DNA from: an uncultured Gemmatimonadales bacterium
GTDB taxonomy: Bacteria > Gemmatimonadota > Gemmatimonadetes > Longimicrobiales > Longimicrobiaceae
DNA: 64,000 bases
Reading direction: 5' to 3'
NCBI GenBank assembly: GCA_963716255.1
Contig: OY970303.1
Span: 5,568,001-5,632,000 of the forward strand
Shown: positions 1 to 9,242 of the stretch, piece after piece
Layout of the letters: every line of letters starts with the position of its first letter
Position numbering within the stretch: position 1 is the first letter of the stretch
Notes under the pieces: model-generated
The model's input: only the letters and a program-made list of their open reading frames with translations
The model's database searches: none
What the model was told of the DNA's origin: nothing
Made by a program: the position numbers and the translations under genes

Positions 1-2
1 TC

Positions 3-1019
3 GAGCGGCTGCACGCGCGCCACCGCTTCGAGCTGGTGCACTGCCGCAGCTACGTCGCCGCGCTGGCGGGGCTCGCGCTCAAGGAGCGGCACGGCGTGAA
101 GCTCGTCTTCGACATGCGGGGCTTCTGGCCCGACGAGCGGGTGGACGGCGGCACCTGGAACCTGGCGAACCCGCTCTTCCGGGCCGTATACCGCTACTTC
201 AAGGGGATGGAGAAGCGCTTCGTGTCCGCCGCCGACGGCATCGTCGTGCTCACCGAGGCCGCCCGCGACGAGATGCGGGGGTGGGACGCCTTCCGCGCCT
301 CGCGGCCGCCCACCCGCGTGATCCCGTGCAGCGTGGACCTGGAGCTGTTCCGCGTCCCCGGCGCCGGCGAGAAGGAGCGCGCCAGGGCGGCGCTGGGGCT
401 GGCGGGCGCGGGGCCGGTGCTCGCGTACCTGGGCTCGCTGGGGACGTGGTACATGGTGGACGAGATGGCGGACTTCTTCGCCGCGCTGCGCCGCCGCCAC
501 GCGGGCGCCCGCTTCCTGGTGGTCACCCCCGATTCCGCCGATGGGCTGCTGCGGCGCCTGGAGGCGCAGGGGATCGCCGCCGGCGACGTGACCGTCCGCA
601 CCGCCACACGCGACGAAGTGCCCGGCCTGCTCGCCGCCGCGGACGTGGGGCTGTCGTTCATCCGCCCGTCGTACTCCAAGCTGGCGAGCTCCCCCACCAA
701 GCTGGGCGAGTACCTGGCGATGGGGCTCCCGGTGGTCACCAACACCGGCGTGGGCGACGTGGAGCGGATCGTCGAGCGGGTGGACGCGGGGGTCGCCGTC
801 GCCGATTTCTCGGCCGCGACCTACCAGGGCGTGGTGGACCGCGTCCCCGAGCTCCTGGCCATGGACCCGCAGGGGATCAGGGATCGCGCCTCCAGGGTAT
901 ACGACCTGCGCCTGGCGGTCGAGCAGTACGCCGGGATGTACCGGAGCGTGCTCGGCGCCCGTGCGCCGGCGGCGTCCGCGCCGCGCCGGCCGGCAGATTC
1001 TCCATCGCGAGCGACGTGA
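3..1019 (+). CDS. Glycosyltransferase family 4 (GT-B), 5'-truncated by window edge
   Basis: Frame is open from the window start; GT4 C-terminal motif SPTKLGEYLAMGLPVV. Confidence 0.88.
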   Translation, partial: ERLHARHRFELVHCRSYVAALAGLALKERHGVKLVFDMRGFWPDERVDGGTWNLANPLFRAVYRYFKGMEKRFVSAADGIVVLTEAARDEMRGWDAFRASRPPTRVIPCSVDLELFRVPGAGEKERARAALGLAGAGPVLAYLGSLGTWYMVDEMADFFAALRRRHAGARFLVVTPDSADGLLRRLEAQGIAAGDVTVRTATRDEVPGLLAAADVGLSFIRPSYSKLASSPTKLGEYLAMGLPVVTNTGVGDVERIVERVDAGVAVADFSAATYQGVVDRVPELLAMDPQGIRDRASRVYDLRLAVEQYAGMYRSVLGARAPAASAPRRPADSPSRAT

Positions 1020-2113
1020 AGATCCTCTTTCTGACCAACGGGCTCATCGAGCCCGCTTCCCGCTTCCGGGTGATGCAGTTCTTCCCGCACTTCCGGAGGG
1101 CGGGGATCGAGTGCACCAACCGCAGCGCGTACGGGGCCCAGTACAACCGGCTCGCCAACCGCAGGATCGGGCCCGCGTACAAGCTGGCCTGCCGCCTGTC
1201 GCGCGCCGCGTACACGCTCTTCCCGGACGCCTACGACCTGGTGTTCCTGCAGCGGACCGCGCTCCCCGGGAGCGCGCTCCCGGAGCGGATCGCCGCGCTG
1301 CGCCACGGCCGCGTCGTCTTCGACTTCGACGACTCCATCTTCCTCGGCCCCGACACCCTGGAGAGCCCGGTCCGGCGGCGGGCCTTCCGCCAGGCGATCC
1401 GCGCCAGCCGGCACGTCATCGCCGGCAACCACTACCTCGCGGAGCAGGCCGCCGCCCCGGAAAAGACCACCGTCATCCCCACGGTGGTGGATACCGACGT
1501 GTACACGCCCGCCCCGGAGCGCCGCGCCGGGGACCGCGTCGTCATCGGCTGGATCGGCACCTCCACCAACTTCGTGTTCCTGCCGCAGGTGGTCCCGGCG
1601 ATCCTCCGCATCCTGGACGAGAACCCGCGGACGGTCTTCCGGCTGGTGTCCAACGCCCGCTACGCCGAGCTGGACGGGCATCCCCAGGTGGAGCAGATCC
1701 CCTGGTCGGCCGAGACGGAGATCCCGCTGCTGCAGTCGTTCGACGTGGGGATCATGCCGCTGTACGATTCGGAGGCGGCGCGGGGCAAGTGCGGCTTCAA
1801 GATGATCCAGTACATGGCCGTGGGATGCCCCGTGCTGGCGTCCGACGTCGGCGCCAACCCCGCGATCCTGGGGGGGAGCGGCGCGGGCGAGCTGGTGGGC
1901 GGCCCCGAGGGCTGGTACCCCCCGCTCCGGGCCCTGGTCGAGAGCGCGGAGCTGCGGCGGCGGATGGGGGAGGCGGCCCGCCGGCACGTGGTGCGCAGCT
2001 ACTCCGCCCTGGGCGTGCTCGGCGTGTACCTGCGCCTGTTCGAGGAGGTGGCCGGGATGGCCGTGGACCGCAGCGGGGTGCGGGAGGCGCTCCCCGTGCC
2101 GTCGCACCCGTGA
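1016..2113 (+). CDS. Glycosyltransferase family 4
   Basis: GTG start overlaps the upstream TGA (GTGA); VFDFDD, IGWIG and GKCGFKMIQYMAVGCPV motifs. Confidence 0.88.
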   Translation: MKILFLTNGLIEPASRFRVMQFFPHFRRAGIECTNRSAYGAQYNRLANRRIGPAYKLACRLSRAAYTLFPDAYDLVFLQRTALPGSALPERIAALRHGRVVFDFDDSIFLGPDTLESPVRRRAFRQAIRASRHVIAGNHYLAEQAAAPEKTTVIPTVVDTDVYTPAPERRAGDRVVIGWIGTSTNFVFLPQVVPAILRILDENPRTVFRLVSNARYAELDGHPQVEQIPWSAETEIPLLQSFDVGIMPLYDSEAARGKCGFKMIQYMAVGCPVLASDVGANPAILGGSGAGELVGGPEGWYPPLRALVESAELRRRMGEAARRHVVRSYSALGVLGVYLRLFEEVAGMAVDRSGVREALPVPSHP

Positions 2114-3042
2114 CCGGGGCGCGGGGCACCTCCCCCTCCGCGTCGGCCGGGGGGGCGCCGGTGACGCGCCGCCTGGACTACGGCGCGTTCTGCATCTCCA
2201 TCGACCTGGAGCTCGCCTGGGGGATCTGGGACCAGCCGGATCCCGGCTACCTGGAGCGGTGTCTCCGGCTGGAGCACGAGATCGTGGACCGGCTGCTCGA
2301 CCTGTTCGGCCGCTACCGCGTGTCGGCGACGTGGGCCGTGGTCGGGCGGCTGCTGGAGCGGGGCGGGGCGGCCGCGGGTCCCGACGAGCGCCTCTGGTAC
2401 GCGCCGGAGATCATCCAGCGGATCCGGGACGCGGCCCCCGAGCAGGAGATCGGCTCCCACAGCTTCGAGCACATCTACTTCGGACAGGTCCCCCGCGGCG
2501 CCGCCTCCGCCGACGCGGCCTCCGCCCGGCGCGTGCACGCCGAGCACGGGCTGGAGTTCACCTCGTTCGTCTACCCCCGCAACGACGTCGCGCACCTGGA
2601 CGCCCTCCGGGACGCCGGGATCCGGGTGTTCCGGGGGGCGGACGAGGGATTCCTCGTCGGGCTCCGGCAGCGCTTCCCCGGGCAGCTCGGGCGCGCGGCC
2701 CACCTGCTGGAGATGACGCTCCCCCTCGCCCCGCCGGTGGTGCATCCCCGGGTGCACGCCAACGGGCTCGTGGAGCTTCCCGGCTCCATGCTGCTCGTCC
2801 AGCGCAGGGGCCTGCGCCGCCTCGTGGCCACGGAAGTGGTGGAGGCCAAGGCCAGGCTCGGCCTCCGCGCGGCCGCGGCACGGCACGGCATCTTTCACTT
2901 CTGGTTCCATCCGTCTAATTTCTACTACCAGACGGATTCGCAGTTCGCCGTCCTGGAGCGGGTGCTGGCGTACGCCGATCGCATGCGGGAGCGCGGCGAG
3001 ATCCAGGTTCTGCCCATGAAGCACTTCGCCCGGATCACGTGA
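2110..3042 (+). CDS. Polysaccharide deacetylase-like (NodB/CE4-fold) protein
   Basis: ISIDLELAWG, EIGSHSFEH, SFVYPRN and FHFWFHP motifs; the start may instead be GTG at 2161. Confidence 0.8.
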   Translation: MTGARGTSPSASAGGAPVTRRLDYGAFCISIDLELAWGIWDQPDPGYLERCLRLEHEIVDRLLDLFGRYRVSATWAVVGRLLERGGAAAGPDERLWYAPEIIQRIRDAAPEQEIGSHSFEHIYFGQVPRGAASADAASARRVHAEHGLEFTSFVYPRNDVAHLDALRDAGIRVFRGADEGFLVGLRQRFPGQLGRAAHLLEMTLPLAPPVVHPRVHANGLVELPGSMLLVQRRGLRRLVATEVVEAKARLGLRAAAARHGIFHFWFHPSNFYYQTDSQFAVLERVLAYADRMRERGEIQVLPMKHFARIT

Positions 3043-3067
3043 CCTCCCCGACGACCAGAGCGACGCG

Positions 3068-4141
3068 ATGAGTGGAAGCCTCCCCTTCCGGGCCATGCAG
3101 GCCACGGAAAGCGACCTCGTCGCGTTCCGGGACGCGTTCCAGGCCAACGGCTTCCCCCGCCCCCTGGAGCAGCTGCGCTGGCAGTACCTGGACCACCCCG
3201 GCGAGCGATTGCTCGTCGACTTCGCCGTGGACCCGCGGGACGACGGCGAGCGGGTCGCCGGGATCTACGCCGCCCTCCCGTTCCTGATGGACGCCGGCGG
3301 CGAGGCGAGGGTGGGCGGGCAGGCGCTGGACGTGCTGACGGACTCCGGGTACCGCGGCCGCGGGCTGTTCACCGGGCTCGCGAGGTCGCTGTACGCCCGC
3401 TGCGGCGAGAGCGGGCTCGCGCTCATCTACGGGTTTCCCAACGCCAACACGGCCAACGGGTACTGGACCCGGCTGGACTGGACCCGTCTGGACCCGGTCC
3501 CGTTCCTCATCAAGCCGCTGCGGAGCCGCTACCTGCTCCAGCGCATCCCGGGGGTGCGCTCTCTGGCGGGCCTCGTCCCCGACCTCCCGCTTCCCCGGCC
3601 CGGCGCCCCGGCCCTCCCGGCGGGGTGGCAGCTGCGGCCCGTGGAGGCGTTCGACGACCGCTTCGACGGCCTGTGGGAAGCGTTCGCGCGGGGCGTGGGG
3701 ATCGCCGTCCGGCGCGACCGCCGCTACCTGGCGTGGCGGTACGGGAGCAAGCCGCTGGAAGAGTACCGGACGCACGGGCTCTTCCAGGGAGAGCGGCTGC
3801 TGGGGTTCGCCACGTACTGCGTGAAGCCCAAGCACGGCGGGGTGGTGGGCTACCTGATGGAGCTCATCCCCCACCCGGACTTCCCGGAGGCGGGGGAGAT
3901 CCTCGCCCGCGCGGCGGTTCGGGACGTCGCCGCGCGCGGGGCGGACGTGATCCTCGCCTGGAACTTCGAGCACTCCCCCACCCACGCCGCGCACCGCGCC
4001 GCGGGGTTCTTTCCGTTCCCGGAGTGGGCGCGCCCCATCGAGCTCCACTTCGGGGCGCTCGCGCTGGACCCCGCGGTCCGGCCCCTGGTCACCGAGCGGC
4101 GCAGCTGGTACATCAGCTACTCGGATTCGGATACCGTCTGA
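3068..4141 (+). CDS. GNAT family acyltransferase (polysaccharide-locus type)
   Basis: Acetyl-CoA motif DSGYRGRGLF and YGFPN. Confidence 0.8.
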   Translation: MSGSLPFRAMQATESDLVAFRDAFQANGFPRPLEQLRWQYLDHPGERLLVDFAVDPRDDGERVAGIYAALPFLMDAGGEARVGGQALDVLTDSGYRGRGLFTGLARSLYARCGESGLALIYGFPNANTANGYWTRLDWTRLDPVPFLIKPLRSRYLLQRIPGVRSLAGLVPDLPLPRPGAPALPAGWQLRPVEAFDDRFDGLWEAFARGVGIAVRRDRRYLAWRYGSKPLEEYRTHGLFQGERLLGFATYCVKPKHGGVVGYLMELIPHPDFPEAGEILARAAVRDVAARGADVILAWNFEHSPTHAAHRAAGFFPFPEWARPIELHFGALALDPAVRPLVTERRSWYISYSDSDTV

Positions 4142-4163
4142 TTCGCCCGGGAGCTGCGGCAGG

Positions 4164-5498
4164 ATGCAAAGGGTCGACGTGCGAAGCGAGCAGAGCGCCG
4201 TCCCGGCACGAGCCGGGGCGGCGCTTCCGTGGCTGGCCCCGGCGCTGGGCGCGCTGGCCGGGCTGGCGGTGCCGGGATTCCTCGCGCTCGTCGTCCTGCT
4301 CGGGAAGAACATTCCCCAGCCGGCGATGGGCGCGGACTACCTGGCGGGGCTGCTCTGGGCGGGGGCGCTGGGGCTGGGCATCCTGCTCTGGCCGGTCCCC
4401 GCCCGCGACCGGCGCGCGCTGCTGGTCCTGTGGGGCGCCAAGTGCTTCGTGACGCTCGGGTTCATGCTCCTCTACGAGTATACCTACGGCCTGGACTCGT
4501 ACCTGTACTTCGAGGAGTCCACCAACCCGGTGCGTCCCTCGGCGGCCGTCAACCCGGCGCTGGGGGGCGGGGGGACGGAGCTCATCGCGGTCCTGTCCTG
4601 GTACCACAACCGCGTCCTCCCGGATTCGTACCACGCCCTCAAGGTCAGCTACTCCATGCTGGGCCTGGTCGCGGTGTACCTGTTCTACCGCGCCGCCGGC
4701 CTGGTCCGGCCCTTCCGCACGCCGCGCCTGCTGTACTTCGTGGGGCTCTTCCCCTCGGTCCTGTTCTGGTCGTCCGTGCTCGGCAAGGACCCGCTCGTCC
4801 TCCTGGGAATCTCCCTGTACGCCCTGGGGGCGGTGGGGCTCATGCAGCGCAAGCGGCCCGGGTACGCGGTGCCGCTCGTGGCGGGAATCTTCATCGCCGC
4901 GGCGGTGCGGACGTGGCTCGGGCTGATCCTGCTCGTCCCGCTGGTCTGGCTCGGCGCGAGCGAAGTCCGGGGTGTGTTCAGGAAAGCCGCGTTCCTCCTG
5001 GTCGTGGCGCTCGCCATGGTCGTGGCCACCGACCGGTTCAAGGAGCGGCTGGCGATCCGCGCGTGGCAGGACGTCTACAACGTCACGGAGACCCTGGCCG
5101 AAGGCTGGGAGGGCGGGTCCTCCACGCAGGTGGAGGTCGAGTTCAACAGCGTCGGCAGCATGCTCGCGTATCTCCCCACGGGATCGTTCCGGGCGCTCTT
5201 CCGGCCGCTTCCCGGCGAGGTGATGAACCCGTTCGGGATCCTCGCCGGCCTGGAGAACCTGTTCCTGCTCGGCCTCGTCGGCCTGGCGCTCGTGAACGCC
5301 CGCCTGGCGCGGTTCCGGGAGCCGCTGGTGCAGTGGGCGATCCTGCTGGTGGTGGTGTGGGCGGGGGTGTACGGGTTCGTGTCGTCCAACCTGGGGGCGG
5401 CGGTCCGCTTCAAGCTCCAGGTGCTTCCGCTCATGCTGATTCTCCTTTTGCACCTGGCTTCCAGGCGGCGCGTGGAGTCTGTTGAACGGGCAGTTTGA
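4164..5498 (+). CDS. Multi-pass membrane protein, putative Wzy-like polymerase / GT-C-like
   Basis: About 10 hydrophobic segments; FWSSVLGKD, LFRPLPGE and NLGAAVRFK motifs; polysaccharide locus context. Confidence 0.6.
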   Translation: MQRVDVRSEQSAVPARAGAALPWLAPALGALAGLAVPGFLALVVLLGKNIPQPAMGADYLAGLLWAGALGLGILLWPVPARDRRALLVLWGAKCFVTLGFMLLYEYTYGLDSYLYFEESTNPVRPSAAVNPALGGGGTELIAVLSWYHNRVLPDSYHALKVSYSMLGLVAVYLFYRAAGLVRPFRTPRLLYFVGLFPSVLFWSSVLGKDPLVLLGISLYALGAVGLMQRKRPGYAVPLVAGIFIAAAVRTWLGLILLVPLVWLGASEVRGVFRKAAFLLVVALAMVVATDRFKERLAIRAWQDVYNVTETLAEGWEGGSSTQVEVEFNSVGSMLAYLPTGSFRALFRPLPGEVMNPFGILAGLENLFLLGLVGLALVNARLARFREPLVQWAILLVVVWAGVYGFVSSNLGAAVRFKLQVLPLMLILLLHLASRRRVESVERAV

Positions 5499-5505
5499 AG
5501 GGCAG

Positions 5506-5639
5506 GGTTCGGGCGTGCCCCCGGCTGGCGCCGGGGTCGGGCTTCGGCTCCGTAACGCAGCAAACAACGCTGCGTAACGGAGTCGAGCCCCGCGAAACTG
5601 CCCGCGGGTCTCGCCCCTTCGGGCCGAAATCCCTCACGC
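5506..5639 (-). repeat. Family A 134-bp structured intergenic repeat, copy 1
   Basis: Reverse complement of GCGTGAGGGAT...GGCACGCCCGAACC; strand label is an arbitrary convention. Confidence 0.95.
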
Positions 5640-5665
5640 GGGCATCGCGCTGGCGTCGGCGGGAG

Positions 5666-5709
5666 CCCCCTCCCCCCGGCCCCCTCCCCCAATTCTGGGG
5701 GAGGGGGAG
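5666..5709. repeat. REP-like C-rich/G-rich hairpin
   Basis: CCCCCTCCCCC-AATTCT-GGGGGAGGGGG; similar units near 31919, 46095, 49696 and 56011. Confidence 0.75.
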
Positions 5710-5916
5710 AACTGCCGGGCCGTTGCCGTTGCGATCTGTGCCGGGAGGTCGGGGGAGGGTCCGCAGGCGGTGCGTTTGTTCGAAGCCAGCGTGATCCTGC
5801 CCCTCACCCGGGCGGTGGGCGAGTGCTCTTGCGAGTCCCTTCGGGTGTCGCACTGCCGGAGGAGCCTCCCCCGGCCGACCCCATACCCCGACCCCGGCCG
5901 AAGCACGGCGTTGTTG

Positions 5917-5973
5917 CCCCCTCTCCCAGAATTGGGAGAGGGTGGCGAGCCTCAAGCGAGCCGGGTGAGGGCC
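5917..5973 (-). repeat. REP-like family C repeat (CCCTCACCCGGCTCGCT..AGGCTCGCCACCCTCTCCC)
   Basis: Near-identical copies at 23621, 46191, 52698 and 56078. Confidence 0.85.
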
Positions 5974-5976
5974 CGC

Positions 5977-6025
5977 AAAAAGATCGCCCCCACCGCGGCC
6001 GTCGCGGTGGGGGCGATCTTCGTTT
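5977..6025. terminator. Probable bidirectional intrinsic terminator
   Basis: 18-bp stem AAGATCGCCCCCACCGCG / CGCGGTGGGGGCGATCTT with an A-tract on the left, just after the stop of the minus-strand gene at 6058. Confidence 0.75.
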
Positions 6026-6057
6026 CCTCCGCGCCGGCCAGCCGCGGCCGGCCGGGG

Positions 6058-7233
6058 CTAGGCGACGCCGGTGCTCCGCCGCGCCGGCTTGCGGGAGCGC
6101 TCCGCCTTGAGCTCGTTCCAGGCCACCAGCAGCTCCGCGGTCTCCGGGCGGAGGCGGGCGTAGTGGACCAGGGCGCGGACCAGCGCGATCAGCAGTCCCA
6201 GGGCCAGGCCGGCGAGCGCCGCCACCGCCAGGATCACGGGCGTGCTGGTCCCCGAGGGCGCCTGGGGGACCAGCGCCGGGTCCAGCACGTTGACCACCGG
6301 CAGGTTGTTGCTCCCCGAGATCTGCGCCTCGGCGAACGACCCCGCCAGGTACCGGTAGATCTGCTCCGCCTCGGTGAACTCGCGCAGGAGGCGCAGCGTG
6401 GACGCCTGCAGGTCCGCGGACTCGCCGAGCGGGACGAAGACGCGGCTGCCGCCGCCGCCCGACGACAGCCGCCGCAGCTGCTCCCGGCGCGCGTTCAGCT
6501 CCGCCACCGCCGCGCGCAGCTCCGGGTTGTCCGGCGTGGAGGTGCGGCGCAGCTGGCCCACCACGATCTCCTGCTCGGTGATCCCGCGCTGCAGCTCCAC
6601 CACGGCCTCCACCGTCCGCGTGGTCTGCTCCTCCACGTTGCCGGCGCCGCGGCTGCGCTGGAACGCCACCATCCTGCGCTCCGCCGCGTCCATGCGCTCC
6701 CGCGCCTGCGCCAGCTGCCCGCGCAGGAACTCCTGCTTCAGCTTCGTGGACTGCAGGCTGATGCGGGAGATCATGTCGTTGATCGCCCCCACGTAGGCGT
6801 TGGCGACGCGGGCCGCCTGCTGCGGGTCGCGGTCCGTCACCTCGATGACGATGGAGCCGTCCAGGTTGTTCTGGTGGTGCCTGCGCGCCGACTTCCCCAC
6901 CCGCGAGGCGATGCTGTCCCCCAGCGTGCGGCTCTCCAGCACCACGCCCACCAGCTTCGCGTTCTGGTTGGACCCGCCCCCCAGCCCGGGGAGCGACATG
7001 GGGAGCTGGGCGGCCAGCGCCTGCGCCCGCGGGTCCGACTGCGACTGCGCCAGGAACAGGACCGTCCGGGCGGTATACGCCGGCGGCTTCAGCGCCGCCG
7101 CCACGCCCGCGGTGAGGACGGCGGCGGCCACCGTGGCCAGGACGATCTTCCAGTCCCGCGCCACCCGCATCGCCAGGAGGGCGGCGCGGGGACGGGTGCC
7201 GTCGCGGGAGGGATCGGGCGAGACGTGGCTCAT
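6058..7233 (-). CDS. Wzz/GumC-like polysaccharide chain-length determinant
   Basis: Two TM segments flank a coiled-coil periplasmic region; C-terminal VLDPALVP motif; no kinase domain. Confidence 0.8.
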   Translation of the reverse strand: MSHVSPDPSRDGTRPRAALLAMRVARDWKIVLATVAAAVLTAGVAAALKPPAYTARTVLFLAQSQSDPRAQALAAQLPMSLPGLGGGSNQNAKLVGVVLESRTLGDSIASRVGKSARRHHQNNLDGSIVIEVTDRDPQQAARVANAYVGAINDMISRISLQSTKLKQEFLRGQLAQARERMDAAERRMVAFQRSRGAGNVEEQTTRTVEAVVELQRGITEQEIVVGQLRRTSTPDNPELRAAVAELNARREQLRRLSSGGGGSRVFVPLGESADLQASTLRLLREFTEAEQIYRYLAGSFAEAQISGSNNLPVVNVLDPALVPQAPSGTSTPVILAVAALAGLALGLLIALVRALVHYARLRPETAELLVAWNELKAERSRKPARRSTGVA

Positions 7234-7240
7234 GGGCGGG

Positions 7241-8872
7241 CTAGTGGACAAGTTCCCACAGGGCGATGGTGGTGAGGACGAACCCCGTCACCGAGGCGAC
7301 GACCCCCTGGGTGGTCTGCACCGTCTCCAGGAAGGTGCGCCGCTGGCGGTAGGGGACGATGATCTGGTCACCGGCCTCCAGGGCCGATACCTCGCGGGCG
7401 TCCACCCGCGTCCCCAGCTTGGCCTTGAGGACCACCGCGTCGTCGCGGTCCGCGCGGCGGCTGTAGCCTCCCGCCAGCGTCACGTAGTAGTCCACCCCGC
7501 GCCCCGGGGCGTGCCCCACGATTCCCGGCTGCCCCACCGCGCCCAGCACGATCACCCCGCTGGTGCGCCGGGGCACCGACAGGACGTCGCCGGAGCGGAG
7601 CGTCTGGTCGTACGCGCTCACGCCCCCGGAAAAGAGGCTCACGAAGTCCACGACCACGTTGGTCTCGTCGCCCCGCGCGCGGATCTGGGCGATCTGCCTC
7701 TCCTCCTGGCGGAGCAGCTCCGCCGGCACCCCTTCCAGCTCGTCCCGCCGCGCGGTTTCCGTGGCCACCGCCGGGCGCGCCCGGGTGGTCTGCGTGGTGT
7801 CGCGGCTGGGCCGGCGCAGCGTGGCGGTGGTCAGCGACGCCTCGTCCGTGAACCCGCCCGCCATGGCGACCAGCTCGCGCACCGTCGTGGTGTCCGGCCG
7901 GATGGGGTATACCCCGGGGCGCAGCACCTGCCCCTGGATGAGCGCCGATTTCTGCTCCTTGTAGTTGGAGAGCTCGGCCACGTACACCGCGTCGAAGGGC
8001 TGGAGCAGAAAGGCCCGCCCGCGCGCCCCCAGCGCCTCCGCGCGCGAGAAGGTGTGGTATTCCCGCTGCTCCGCCGTCACGAAGCGGCTCAGGCGCACCG
8101 TGTCGGCCGCGTTGGCGGGGAAGCCGGCGGCCCCGTACACGATCCCCAGCAGCTCCGCCAGCGACTCGCCCCGGCGGTACTCGTAGGTCCTGCCGGAGCC
8201 CACCCGCCCGAAGATGTCCACCCGCTCCTCGACGGTGGGCACCACCACCGCGTCGCCCTCGCGGAGGGTCGGGTTCGCGCCCAGGTCTCCCGTCTGCACG
8301 AAGCGCAGCAGGTCCACGCGGAGGCTGTCGCCCGAGGCGCGCCGCAGCAGGATGTTGCGGCGCACGATCCCGTTCCGTTCGGTCCCGGCGACCACCTCGC
8401 TCACCCGCGTCGCCGCGGAGGCGGACCGCACCCCCGGCGTCGGCACGTCGCCCACCACGAACACCTTGAACGAGCGCACCTGCGACAGGGTGAGCGTGAC
8501 CTCGATGTTGCGGTAGTAGCGGTACACCAGGTCGCGGACCCGGTCCTGCGCCTGGTTCAGGTTCATCCCCGCCACCCGCGCCACCCCGATGCTGGGGATC
8601 ACCAGCGACCCCTCGGGGGTGACGGTGAGGGTGCGCAGGAAGCTCACGTCGCCGAACACCGCCACGTCGAGCACGTCTCCCGGGCCCAGCGGGTACTCGG
8701 TCCGGCTGACCGGAGCGTCGAGCAGCGGGGCCGTCGGCGTCTGCGCGGCCGCGCGGGTGGAGTCCGCCCGCGGCTGCGTGGCGGACGGCTGCTGGCCGGA
8801 CGCCGTCCCCGCCGCGGCCCCCAGCAGGAGCAGGGCGGAGAGGGCAGTCGACAGCTTCATCATCGGGTGCAT
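7241..8872 (-). CDS. Polysaccharide export protein with SLBB domains (Wza/KpsD-like)
   Basis: Signal peptide; YPLGPGDVLDV poly_export motif; repeated VxGxVxxPG SLBB motifs. Confidence 0.85.
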   Translation of the reverse strand: MHPMMKLSTALSALLLLGAAAGTASGQQPSATQPRADSTRAAAQTPTAPLLDAPVSRTEYPLGPGDVLDVAVFGDVSFLRTLTVTPEGSLVIPSIGVARVAGMNLNQAQDRVRDLVYRYYRNIEVTLTLSQVRSFKVFVVGDVPTPGVRSASAATRVSEVVAGTERNGIVRRNILLRRASGDSLRVDLLRFVQTGDLGANPTLREGDAVVVPTVEERVDIFGRVGSGRTYEYRRGESLAELLGIVYGAAGFPANAADTVRLSRFVTAEQREYHTFSRAEALGARGRAFLLQPFDAVYVAELSNYKEQKSALIQGQVLRPGVYPIRPDTTTVRELVAMAGGFTDEASLTTATLRRPSRDTTQTTRARPAVATETARRDELEGVPAELLRQEERQIAQIRARGDETNVVVDFVSLFSGGVSAYDQTLRSGDVLSVPRRTSGVIVLGAVGQPGIVGHAPGRGVDYYVTLAGGYSRRADRDDAVVLKAKLGTRVDAREVSALEAGDQIIVPYRQRRTFLETVQTTQGVVASVTGFVLTTIALWELVH

Positions 8873-9242
8873 GAACCGCGGTTCGGGGTCGATCGGAGGC
8901 AGAGGCCGACCCGCCGTGGCGAGCCGGGCGCCGCGCGCGCCGCGCCTTCCGCGCAAGGCGGTGCCGGGGCGGAGTTTGCCGGCCCGGCGGCCGCTCCCGG
9001 GACGGAAGCACACAAAATATCCCACTCCGCGGAATCGCGCCACACGCGGCCTTCCGCCGCGGATCGGGGCGCGGGCGCGTCCTTGCCGGAAAGTGCTCTC
9101 CGCATTTACTCTTATGGCCTTTTCACGGAGGCCGCGCCGCGCCGGACACGCACCCGCGCCGCACGCGGCCGGCCCCGTTTCAGCGAATCACGAGAATGTC
9201 GAAGGCACCCGCGCCCGCCGCCCGCCAGCGGAGCGCTTCCTG

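Noticed and set aside
5506..5639. Family A read as integron attC sites
   Set aside because: No RYYYAAC/GTTRRRY core pair, the structure is multi-branched, the neighbours are housekeeping genes, and there is no integrase.
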